Source: Clostridia bacterium (GTDB taxonomy: Bacteria > Bacillota > Clostridia > Oscillospirales > CAG-272). Taken from it: 64,000 nt of DNA. Positions 51,923 through 59,764 of the stretch are shown piece by piece; positions within the stretch are counted from its first letter, which is position 1, and each line of letters opens with the position of its first letter. Made by a program: the position numbers and the translations under genes. Below the pieces are notes generated by a model. It had not been told where the DNA came from and did no database searches. It saw only the letters and a list, made by a program, of their open reading frames with translations. The stretch covers positions 53,658 through 117,657 of the forward strand of contig JAGARU010000030.1 of the NCBI GenBank assembly GCA_017622085.1. Direction: 5' to 3'.

Positions 51923-52597
51923 ATGGAAAAAATCCGTATTGCCTTAGACGGCCCCAGCGGCGCAGGTAAAAGCTCCCTGGCCAAGGCCATTGCAAAGAAT
52001 ATGGGAATTGTATATGTGGATACCGGCGCACTTTACCGTAGCATCGGCCTTTACGTAAACCGACAGGGTATTGATCCCCACAGCCCGGAGGCGGTTGCCG
52101 CCTGCCTGCCCGACATCGCTCTCTCCCTTGCCTTTAACGAGCAGGGTCAGCGCGTTATTTTAAACGGAGAGGACGTCAGCGACAAGATCCGCACGCCGGA
52201 AATGTCCATGTATGCCTCCGCTGTGTCCGCCATTCCGGCGGTGCGCGCCTTCCTTCTGGAGACCCAGCGTGCCATTACCCGTACCAGCTCCGTTATTATG
52301 GACGGACGGGATATCGGTACCGTTATCATTCCGGATGCCGAGGTAAAGATCTTCCTTGTGGCCTCTCCCGAGGCAAGAGCCAAGCGCCGCTACGCGGAGC
52401 TATTGGCCAAGGGCGAGACCTGCACCTATGAGGAGGTCCTTTCCGACATGATCCAGAGGGATAAAAACGACAGCGGACGCGCCATCGCTCCCGCCATCCC
52501 CGCTGAGGACGCCGTATTCCTTGACAACTCCGATCTGACCTTTGATGAAACTGTGGAGGCGGCCCTTGCCATGATCCGCGAAAAAACCGAAGGTTAA
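51923..52597 (+). CDS. cmk: Cytidylate kinase
   Basis: IALDGPSGAGKS, DTGALYR, DGRDIGT. Confidence 0.97.
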   Translation: MEKIRIALDGPSGAGKSSLAKAIAKNMGIVYVDTGALYRSIGLYVNRQGIDPHSPEAVAACLPDIALSLAFNEQGQRVILNGEDVSDKIRTPEMSMYASAVSAIPAVRAFLLETQRAITRTSSVIMDGRDIGTVIIPDAEVKIFLVASPEARAKRRYAELLAKGETCTYEEVLSDMIQRDKNDSGRAIAPAIPAEDAVFLDNSDLTFDETVEAALAMIREKTEG

Positions 52598-52609
52598 GAG
52601 GGAAGTATC

Positions 52610-53221
52610 ATGAAGCTGTATCGTTTTTTGCACGCCGTTCTCGGTGGAATTTTAAGATTTCTGTTCCGAGTTCGCGTCTGTAATGGGGAAAAAGAGCCGA
52701 AAGAGGGCCACTATCTTGTGTGCTCCAATCACACAGGCCTGTCAGACCCTATTATTCTGGCCGTGGCACTTCGCCACCAGAAGGTGCATTTCATGGCCAA
52801 AAAGGAGCTGTTCAAGGTTCCCTTGGTAGCCTCCTTCTTCCGCGCCATCGGCGCGTTTCCCGTGGACCGTAAGGGCTCGAGCGTGGCCGCCATCAAGACC
52901 GCCATCACCGAGCTGAAGGGCGGGAGCAGCGTCAGTATGTTTCCTCAGGGCACCCGCCATCCCTACGTAGATCCCCGCACCACCGAGGTAAAAAGCGGCG
53001 CGGGACTGATCGCTTACCGCTCCGGATGCGACGTTTTGCCCATCTACATTAAAACCAAAAAGAACAAGACCGGTCTCTTCCGCCGTACCGAGTGCATCAT
53101 CGGCGATGTGATCAAAAACGAGGAGCTGGGCTTTGAAAAGGGTGGCACCGAGGAATACGATGCCGCCGCACAAACGATTTTTGACCGCATTTGCGCCTTA
53201 GGAGAAAATCACCATGGCTGA
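52610..53221 (+). CDS. plsC: 1-acyl-sn-glycerol-3-phosphate acyltransferase
   Basis: NHTGLSD (NHX4D), FMAKKELF, FPQGTR. Confidence 0.93.
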   Translation: MKLYRFLHAVLGGILRFLFRVRVCNGEKEPKEGHYLVCSNHTGLSDPIILAVALRHQKVHFMAKKELFKVPLVASFFRAIGAFPVDRKGSSVAAIKTAITELKGGSSVSMFPQGTRHPYVDPRTTEVKSGAGLIAYRSGCDVLPIYIKTKKNKTGLFRRTECIIGDVIKNEELGFEKGGTEEYDAAAQTIFDRICALGENHHG

Positions 53222-55232
53222 GATCGTAATGGCAAAAAACGCCGGCTTTTGCTTCGGCGTCCGCCGCGCCACGGAAACAGTGGAGCGGCTTCTCGCAACC
53301 CGCAAGGGCGCAGGGCAGTATACCTGCATCCTCGGCAAGCTGATCCATAACCCCGGCTATAACGCTTTCTTGGCGGAGCAGGGCGCGAAGATCATCGGCG
53401 AGCAGGAGATCGACGGTTATTTTGACCTGGCGCAAAAGGGCGCAGACGTATGCATCGTCATCCGCACTCACGGCATCGTCCGTCCGGTGGAGGAAAAGCT
53501 GAAGCAGTACGCCGCCGCGTGTCCCCGGTTTACCTATTGCGACTGTACCTGCCCGTACGTCAAAAAGATCCACAAGATCGCCGCGGACCACGCAGAGCCC
53601 ACCGACGGCTTCCTTCTGATCGGCGCGCCTGATCACCCGGAGGTGCTCTCCATCATGAGCTACGCCGGAGAAAACAGCGTGGTTTGCGAGAACGCAGAGC
53701 AGCTGGAATCCATTCTTTTGGAAAAAAAGGAAACGTTTGATGGTTGCATGACTCTCCACATGGCTGCACAGACCACGCAAAAGCTTTCCGAGTGGAAAAA
53801 ATGTCAGAAAATTATCAAAAAGGTATATACAAATTCAAAAATTTTTGATACAATATGTGGTGTGACTGAAAACAGGCAGACGGAAGCGGAATCCATCTCC
53901 GCCGCATCGGACGGTATGATCGTCATCGGCGGCCGGGATAGCTCCAATACCGGAAAGCTGTTTGAGGTATGCAAAAAGCACTGTCCCCATACCACCCTCT
54001 GGGTGGAGGATGCCTCTGAAATTGACCGGAGCGTTCTGGCGCAGTGCACTAAAATTGGAATAACTGCCGGGGCATCGACTCCGGACAGGATAATAGAGGA
54101 GGTAAAAAAAACCATGACTGAGCAAGAAAACTTTGCCCAATTGCTTGAATCGTCAATGAAAACTTTAAATACAGGAGATACGGTAGTCGGCGTTGTTACA
54201 TATGTGTCCAACAACGAGATCCATCTTGACCTTGGTGCCAAGGCAACCGGTGTTATCACATACGACCAGATCACCGATGATCCTTCTGTAAAGCTGACTG
54301 AGATGTTCAAGCTGGGCGACGAGGTTGAGGGATTCGTTATTAAGGTAAGTGACCTTGACGGTATCGCAACCCTTTCCAAGAAGCGTGTAGACGCAGACAA
54401 GAACCGTGAAAAGGTTCTTGCAACCGTAGACAGCGGTGAGACCCTTGAGGGTAAGGTAATCGAGGCTGTACGCGGCGGTGTTATCGTATCCGTTGACTCC
54501 GTACACGTATTCGTTCCCGCATCCATGACCGGTGTTCCCAAGGACGGCGATCTCCACTCCATCGTAGGCACCAACCAGAAGATCAAGGTGATTGAGGTTA
54601 AGGGCAACCGTGCATACGGTTCCATCCGTGCCGTACAGAGAGAAGAGCGCAAGGCGAAGGAAGCTGCATTCTGGGCTGAGATCGAAGAGGGCAAGGTATA
54701 CGAGGGACCCGTTAAGAGCCTTACTTCTTACGGTGCATTCGTTGACCTTGGCGGCGTAGACGGTATGGTTCACGTATCCGAGCTCTCCTGGAAGAGAATT
54801 AAGAACCCTGCAGAGGTTGTTAAGGTTGGCGACGTGATCCGCGTATTCGTTAAGTCTGTTGACAAGGAAGCAAAGAGAATTTCTCTTGGCTACAAGACTG
54901 AGGACACCGATCCTTGGTTCATCTTCAACAACCAGTATCAGATCGGCGACGTAGCAAACGTTAAGATCGTAAGCATCATGCCCTTCGGTGCATTTGCAGA
55001 GATCGTAGACGGTGTAGACGGCCTGATCCACATCAGCCAGATCGCAGACCGCAAGCTTGGCACTCCTGCCGAGGTACTTGAGGTTGGCCAGATGGTTGAC
55101 GCGAAGATCGTTGACATCAACAACGAGACCAAGAAGGTAAGCCTTTCCATCCGCGCTCTCCTTGAGACCGAAGAAGAGGTTGAGGTAGAGATCGTAGAGG
55201 AAGCTGCTGAAGAAGTAGCAGACGCTGAATAA
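53214..55232 (+). CDS. ispH: Fused 4-hydroxy-3-methylbut-2-enyl diphosphate reductase / 30S ribosomal protein S1
   Basis: GFCFGV, DCTCP, TIC..T..RQ, SSN and TAGASTP (IspH) followed by four S1 repeats (YGAFVDLGGVDGMVHVSELSW). Confidence 0.96.
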   Translation: MAEIVMAKNAGFCFGVRRATETVERLLATRKGAGQYTCILGKLIHNPGYNAFLAEQGAKIIGEQEIDGYFDLAQKGADVCIVIRTHGIVRPVEEKLKQYAAACPRFTYCDCTCPYVKKIHKIAADHAEPTDGFLLIGAPDHPEVLSIMSYAGENSVVCENAEQLESILLEKKETFDGCMTLHMAAQTTQKLSEWKKCQKIIKKVYTNSKIFDTICGVTENRQTEAESISAASDGMIVIGGRDSSNTGKLFEVCKKHCPHTTLWVEDASEIDRSVLAQCTKIGITAGASTPDRIIEEVKKTMTEQENFAQLLESSMKTLNTGDTVVGVVTYVSNNEIHLDLGAKATGVITYDQITDDPSVKLTEMFKLGDEVEGFVIKVSDLDGIATLSKKRVDADKNREKVLATVDSGETLEGKVIEAVRGGVIVSVDSVHVFVPASMTGVPKDGDLHSIVGTNQKIKVIEVKGNRAYGSIRAVQREERKAKEAAFWAEIEEGKVYEGPVKSLTSYGAFVDLGGVDGMVHVSELSWKRIKNPAEVVKVGDVIRVFVKSVDKEAKRISLGYKTEDTDPWFIFNNQYQIGDVANVKIVSIMPFGAFAEIVDGVDGLIHISQIADRKLGTPAEVLEVGQMVDAKIVDINNETKKVSLSIRALLETEEEVEVEIVEEAAEEVADAE

Positions 55233-55234
55233 TT

Positions 55235-55275
55235 AAAAAAGAGAAGGATTCCGAGTAAATCGGAATCCTTTTTTT
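55235..55275. terminator. Bidirectional terminator
   Basis: AAGGATTCCGA-GTAAA-TCGGAATCCTTTTTTT. Confidence 0.85.
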
Positions 55276-55984
55276 AATCCAGTTCAATAAGCTCTTTTAG
55301 AAGCGCTTGTGTGGAGAGGCGTGCTTTTTGACGTTTTTGAATATGGCGTGTTTGCTTTGGGGTGTAGCGATACTGATAGCAATTATGGCATACAAATAAT
55401 TCTGTTTTTAGAAGGGAACCAAAGCTTTGCTCAGGATAAAGCATATGTATCGTTTCCATATCCACCCGGAGGGTATCCTCATCAAATTTGAGGATAACAG
55501 GCTTTTTAACAAGCTCAGCTCCACAAAAGGGGCAGGATGTTCTTTTCCACCGCAAAAGGAATCGATCCCATTTATGCAGTGCCGTAGGAGTGGAAAGGGA
55601 GAGATCTTCAGCCAGATTGATCCATACGTCAACACAGATGCCCTTGCTTTCCCAATGCTTCACCATACTGTCAATGCAGGAAAGAAGGATTGTTTGAAAG
55701 TTGGGGTCTCCGTTAAACACGTGCGGAAACCGATCGATCAGTATTGTCAATCCGGTAAAGGACAGCCATTCAAGATCGCAAAGGCATTCATCCACTGCAT
55801 CCCAATTGTATCCAAAATAATCCGGAAACCGAAATAGCGTTTTTAAATGATGAAGGGTAGCAATTTCATTTTTGCAGAGGGCACCATTTAAGCAAAAGAG
55901 GGAAGAGGTGGAGTCGATTTCCGAGGATAAGCTTTCCGCCATCATTCCGGGCTTGATTGAAATAAAACGAATCCTTTTATGCAT
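55274..55984 (-). CDS. Barstar-family domain protein with C-terminal Cys-rich (CxxC...CxxC) extension
   Basis: FRFPDYFGYNWDAVDECLCDLEWL barstar signature; CPFC...CHNC; AAGGGG RBS. Confidence 0.7.
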   Translation of the reverse strand: MHKRIRFISIKPGMMAESLSSEIDSTSSLFCLNGALCKNEIATLHHLKTLFRFPDYFGYNWDAVDECLCDLEWLSFTGLTILIDRFPHVFNGDPNFQTILLSCIDSMVKHWESKGICVDVWINLAEDLSLSTPTALHKWDRFLLRWKRTSCPFCGAELVKKPVILKFDEDTLRVDMETIHMLYPEQSFGSLLKTELFVCHNCYQYRYTPKQTRHIQKRQKARLSTQALLKELIELD

Positions 55985-56126
55985 ACACAAGTCCCCTTTG
56001 AGATGATCTGTATTTATTATAGAGAATACAAAAAGGAAAGTCAAGAATGAAGTTAATTCGGATTCGACAGGAAAAGTCTCTTGACACAGGCGGTAAGAAT
56101 GTGGTATAATAACTTGCAATAAAAAA

Positions 56127-56202
56127 TGGGATATCGTCAAGCGGTAAGACACAGCACTTTGACTGCTGCATTTCGCTGGTTCGAATCCAGCTATCCCAGC
56201 CA
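56127..56202 (+). tRNA. tRNA-Gln(TTG)
   Basis: TGGGATATCGTCAAGCGGTAAGACACAGCACTTTGACTGCTGCATTTCGCTGGTTCGAATCCAGCTATCCCAGCCA; promoter TTGACA 56081...TATAAT 56105; downstream hairpin at 56207-56242. Confidence 0.96.
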
Positions 56203-56532
56203 AGTTGAACCTAATTTGAACCACTCGGTTTGAATTAGGTTTTTCTCTTTTTATTGACTAAATGCTTTTGTGGTATAACGGATTTTAAACAGGGTTTTTG
56301 CCCTGTTTTTTCTTTGCTTAAGTGTTTGCTTGAATGTGATAAAAGTCCTTTGAAAGTTGCTTTTATGCCGTGAAAGACGGTTGACAAGAGTGGGGAGTGT
56401 GGTAGGCTATTTCAGCCGAAAGGCAAACGAAACCCCTCGGGGTTGATGTCTTGGCTCTTTTACGCCTTACATCCACACTCCCGAGAGGCTCTTGTCAATT
56501 GTACCATGGAATAAATGCAACTTTTATTCCTT

Positions 56533-58026
56533 TCAAATATACATTTCTATTTTGTATCCGAAATCATTTGTATTAGAAAAGCAAAAGCCCTGACTCTTGT
56601 CAGGACTTATACTACTATTTGGGGTGTTGAAATAAATCTTTAATGTATCATCATACATTTCAATCTCTTTTATTAGTATTGATACAAATGCTTTAGCTTC
56701 TAATTTAAGAGTTTCCTTAAAGTATTCTCTAATATCGCTTTCTGTAAGTGCTATTTCTACTTTTGCATTTTCAATAAGAAGCTCTTTTTCTATATCCTCT
56801 AATTTGCTTTCAAGCTCGTGCAATCTTTTGTTAGTGGTATTTGAAATTATACCGTTTTCAATTGCTTTCATAATATTTTCAAGGGATTTTTCAATTTGCT
56901 TCTTTTCACTTAAAAGCATTGATAATACAGCATTTTCTCTTGAATTACTTTCTTGTGCTTTCAATATGCCATCAACAATTATATTCATAATTTCAGGCTT
57001 GTTCAACTCTGTTTCCAATATTGTAAGTATGAGTGTTTCAAACTCGTTTTTCTTTACAATTGATTTTGTACAGCCATTAGCTCTTTTTCTGCCAAAGCAT
57101 TTATAGTAATGACAGGTTTTGCCAGACCTTGCTGTGCCTGTTTCGGCTGTAACTGTACTACCACAGTAGCCACATTTTAATTTATGACGGAGTAAATAGT
57201 CAATCTTTTCACTTTTTGTTCCGTATTTGTTTGCTACGATTTTCTTATGCACTCTATCAAATATATTTTGTGGTACAATTCTTGGGTACATATCGGTAAA
57301 TACTTCATTTTTAAATCTGTATATACCTGAGTATTTTTCGTTTTTAAGCATATTGTAAACGGTGTTTCTTAGAAATTCCTTGCCTTTGTAATATACACCT
57401 CTTTCTGTTAAAACCTTGATTATATCTTTTACAGCAACATCGTATGAATATTGCTCATAAATGTATCGTACAATTTCGGCTTCTTCTTCATTTATGACTA
57501 CCTTTTTATTTACAATTTTGTAGCCATAAAGCAAGTTGCCACCTGTAAAATTGCCTTTTAATCTTGTTTCATTCATGCCTCTTTTTACTTTTTGTGAAAG
57601 CTCAGCAGAATAATACTCGGCATATCCTTCAAACATTGATTCCATAATGATAGCTTCAGGTGTATCAGGTAAATATTCTGTTGCAGACCTTAGCTTAACA
57701 CCATTATCTTTCAATGTTTTCTTATGAATGGCTGTTTCATATTTGTTTCTTGAAAATCTGTCAAATTTGTAAACTAATACATAGTCCCAATTTCCGTTTG
57801 AACTGTCCTTTAGCATTTGCTGAAATGCAGGGCGATTGTCATTTGTTCCTGTCATTGCTCTGTCAATATACGTATTAACTATTACTATGTTGTTGCTTTT
57901 AGCATAGTCAGTACATACTCTGAGCTGACCTTCAATTGATTGCTCAGTTTGGTTTTCACTTGAATAACGAGCATAAATTACAGCTGTTTTCAACTGATTT
58001 GATTGTGATTGATAGCTTTGTTTCAT
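56533..58026 (-). CDS. Large serine recombinase (resolvase, recombinase, Zn-ribbon and coiled-coil domains)
   Basis: VIYARYSS, SIEGQ, RPAFQQML, DRFSR, AEYYS..LS; CGYCG...YYKC. Confidence 0.95.
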   Translation of the reverse strand: MKQSYQSQSNQLKTAVIYARYSSENQTEQSIEGQLRVCTDYAKSNNIVIVNTYIDRAMTGTNDNRPAFQQMLKDSSNGNWDYVLVYKFDRFSRNKYETAIHKKTLKDNGVKLRSATEYLPDTPEAIIMESMFEGYAEYYSAELSQKVKRGMNETRLKGNFTGGNLLYGYKIVNKKVVINEEEAEIVRYIYEQYSYDVAVKDIIKVLTERGVYYKGKEFLRNTVYNMLKNEKYSGIYRFKNEVFTDMYPRIVPQNIFDRVHKKIVANKYGTKSEKIDYLLRHKLKCGYCGSTVTAETGTARSGKTCHYYKCFGRKRANGCTKSIVKKNEFETLILTILETELNKPEIMNIIVDGILKAQESNSRENAVLSMLLSEKKQIEKSLENIMKAIENGIISNTTNKRLHELESKLEDIEKELLIENAKVEIALTESDIREYFKETLKLEAKAFVSILIKEIEMYDDTLKIYFNTPNSSISPDKSQGFCFSNTNDFGYKIEMYI

Positions 58027-58251
58027 TTTGATTTCTCCTTTAATTAAATTTTTTAATTTGTCTTTCGACAGGAAAAACCAAAAACGGAATTGACAGAGAT
58101 GTCAACGGGTCCCAAAAAATATTTTGCTCAAATGCCTATTATTTGATAGTCAAATCAAAATATTTTTCCCTTGACAGAAATGGCAATTTCGTTTACACCC
58201 ACCGGGCGAAAGACAAATTAACACATAGTTTGTTAAGCATAAGCTTTAACC

Positions 58252-58380
58252 TCATTTCTTTGATTTTTTTATTAGCTCCGTTATTCTTTCTAACAGAGTT
58301 AAATATAGCTGACTTTCATTTTTCAAAAGCTCGGCTATGTTTTCTTGCCCAATAGCATCAACTTTAATTTCATTGTTCAA
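58252..58380 (-). CDS. Putative 42-aa small protein upstream of the recombinase
   Basis: AAAGGAG 7 nt before TTG; MNNEIKVDAIGQENIAELLKNESQLYLTLLERITELIKKSKK. Confidence 0.5.
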   Translation of the reverse strand: MNNEIKVDAIGQENIAELLKNESQLYLTLLERITELIKKSKK

Positions 58381-58466
58381 TTTTGCACTCCTTTCTAAAA
58401 ATTCTACTACTATTTTACAACTAAAAGCTCTTCGATACAATATGACGGAATACTGCTTTAACTGTT

Positions 58467-59375
58467 GATTTTCCCAACTTTTTAGCCATATTCGGCTATT
58501 CACTTGTAAATATACAAGCACACGCCTAACTGTCAATACCCTTACAAAACTCCGACTTTTCCCAACTCTTCATAGTTTACTTGTATCAAGACAAGCACAC
58601 GTCTAATTCTCACACCCTTCTTTTTATTACTGATTTCCCCAACTGTCGCAATATACAGACACCATAACATTGACTTTTTAATAAAAATAGAGTAAATTTA
58701 TATCAGGTGGTGAGAAAATGAAAAGTATTGAGGAAATACGACAAACCTTACGTAATATTCAAGTGTATTACAGGAATAAAGCTTTATTTGATAATTATTC
58801 AAATACCATTTGTAAATACGCATTTTATGACACAATAGCACTTTACGAAAAGCATATTGAAAATGCACCAAAACGATTGCAAGATGTTTACAATGAGCTA
58901 TACAGACAAGGCAAGGCACAAAAGGTAGTTGCTCTTAAATGGAAAGTAACAGAAAAATACATACAAATACTAAACAAACGATTGATAGTATATTTTCAAG
59001 GTGTATTGGTGTGATATTTATATCAAGACAAGCACACGTCTAAAAACGCAACACTTTGTTTTATTACTGATTACCCCAACTAAAAATGGGCTCGCCTGAG
59101 CAAAAAAGAAAACTCCCTTTCGAGAGTTAAAATTTGACAACAATGCTGTTTGGCAATAGCGAGAAAGTGGGTGTTTTCGCAAGCGGCTCAGCGCGAAACC
59201 CCACTTCGCTCGCCAACGCATTTGTCTTTTTATCTCGTGGGAGCTTTTTGGTTGAGTATTTAGTTTTTTCAGTTCGCTTCGTTTTACAGGGCGTGTGCTT
59301 GTCTGCCGAGCGAAGCGAGGCACTTGTATAAGACAAGCACACGCCCTGTTTACACGTTTTTTACTAACATTGACT
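58467..59375. repeat. Dispersed repeat array: 5x ACAAGCACACG, 4x CCCAACT box, 19-bp inverted repeat
   Basis: ACAAGCACACG at 58514, 58591, 59028, 59333 (+) and 59292-59302 (-). CCCAACT boxes end at 58479, 58567, 58644 and 59081. IR arms at 59286-59304 and 59331-59349. Confidence 0.9.
58718..59014 (+). CDS. Small sigma-70 region 4-like HTH protein (ArpU/RinA-like, tentative)
   Basis: 98 aa; C-terminal LQDVYNELYRQGKAQKVVALKWKVTEKYIQILNKRL resembles an HTH; AGGTGG RBS. Confidence 0.55.
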   Translation: MKSIEEIRQTLRNIQVYYRNKALFDNYSNTICKYAFYDTIALYEKHIENAPKRLQDVYNELYRQGKAQKVVALKWKVTEKYIQILNKRLIVYFQGVLV

Positions 59376-59462
59376 CAATGTTTTCAAAATCTTACAAACA
59401 AGTCATTATGTTAAAGATAGTTTCCATAATGCATATGAACACAAAATTCAAAAATGCAAATA

Positions 59463-59519
59463 AAATGTTTCAAAACTTGAACATTTATAATTGAATTTAT
59501 TTTTGATTTATGTTATAAT
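59463..59519 (+). promoter_or_regulatory. Promoter of the XRE-MTase-HNH operon with upstream imperfect palindrome
   Basis: TTGAAT 59491 N17 TG-T-TATAAT 59514; AAATGTTTCAA-AAC-TTGAACATTT at 59463-59486. Confidence 0.6.
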
Positions 59520-59548
59520 ATTTTAAAATATTATTTGGAGTTTTTATA

Positions 59549-59764
59549 ATGGCAGTAAATTACAACAAACTTTGGAAATTGCTCATAGATAAAAATATGA
59601 CCAAAACCGATTTAAGGTTAAAAGCAGATATTGGAACTGCAACACTTGCGAAACTTGGAAAAAATAAGCCTGTGAGTATGGATGTAATGCTAAGAATTTG
59701 TGGTGTATTATCTTGCAATATTGCAGACATTATGGATGTAATTCCAGAGGGAGAGGTACAATGA
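59549..59764 (+). CDS. XRE/Cro-like HTH regulator (possible RM controller)
   Basis: YNKLWKLLIDKNMTKTDLRLKADIGTATLAKLGKNKPVS...IC..L.C.IADIM; ATGA overlap with the MTase. Confidence 0.88.
   Translation: MAVNYNKLWKLLIDKNMTKTDLRLKADIGTATLAKLGKNKPVSMDVMLRICGVLSCNIADIMDVIPEGEVQ

Noticed and set aside
56415-56450. c-di-GMP-I riboswitch or hammerhead ribozyme (GGCAAAC, GAAAC)
   Set aside because: Lacks the GACGCAAAG segment and the CUGANGA core; there is no downstream gene on that strand to regulate.
58467-59375. CRISPR array
   Set aside because: Repeats are short (11-23 bp), irregularly spaced, interrupted by an ORF and partly inverted; no cas genes in the window.
59698-59760. 21-aa N-terminal extension of the methyltransferase
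   Set aside because: Lies inside the XRE gene; ATG 59761 with GAGG RBS and ATGA coupling is the better start.
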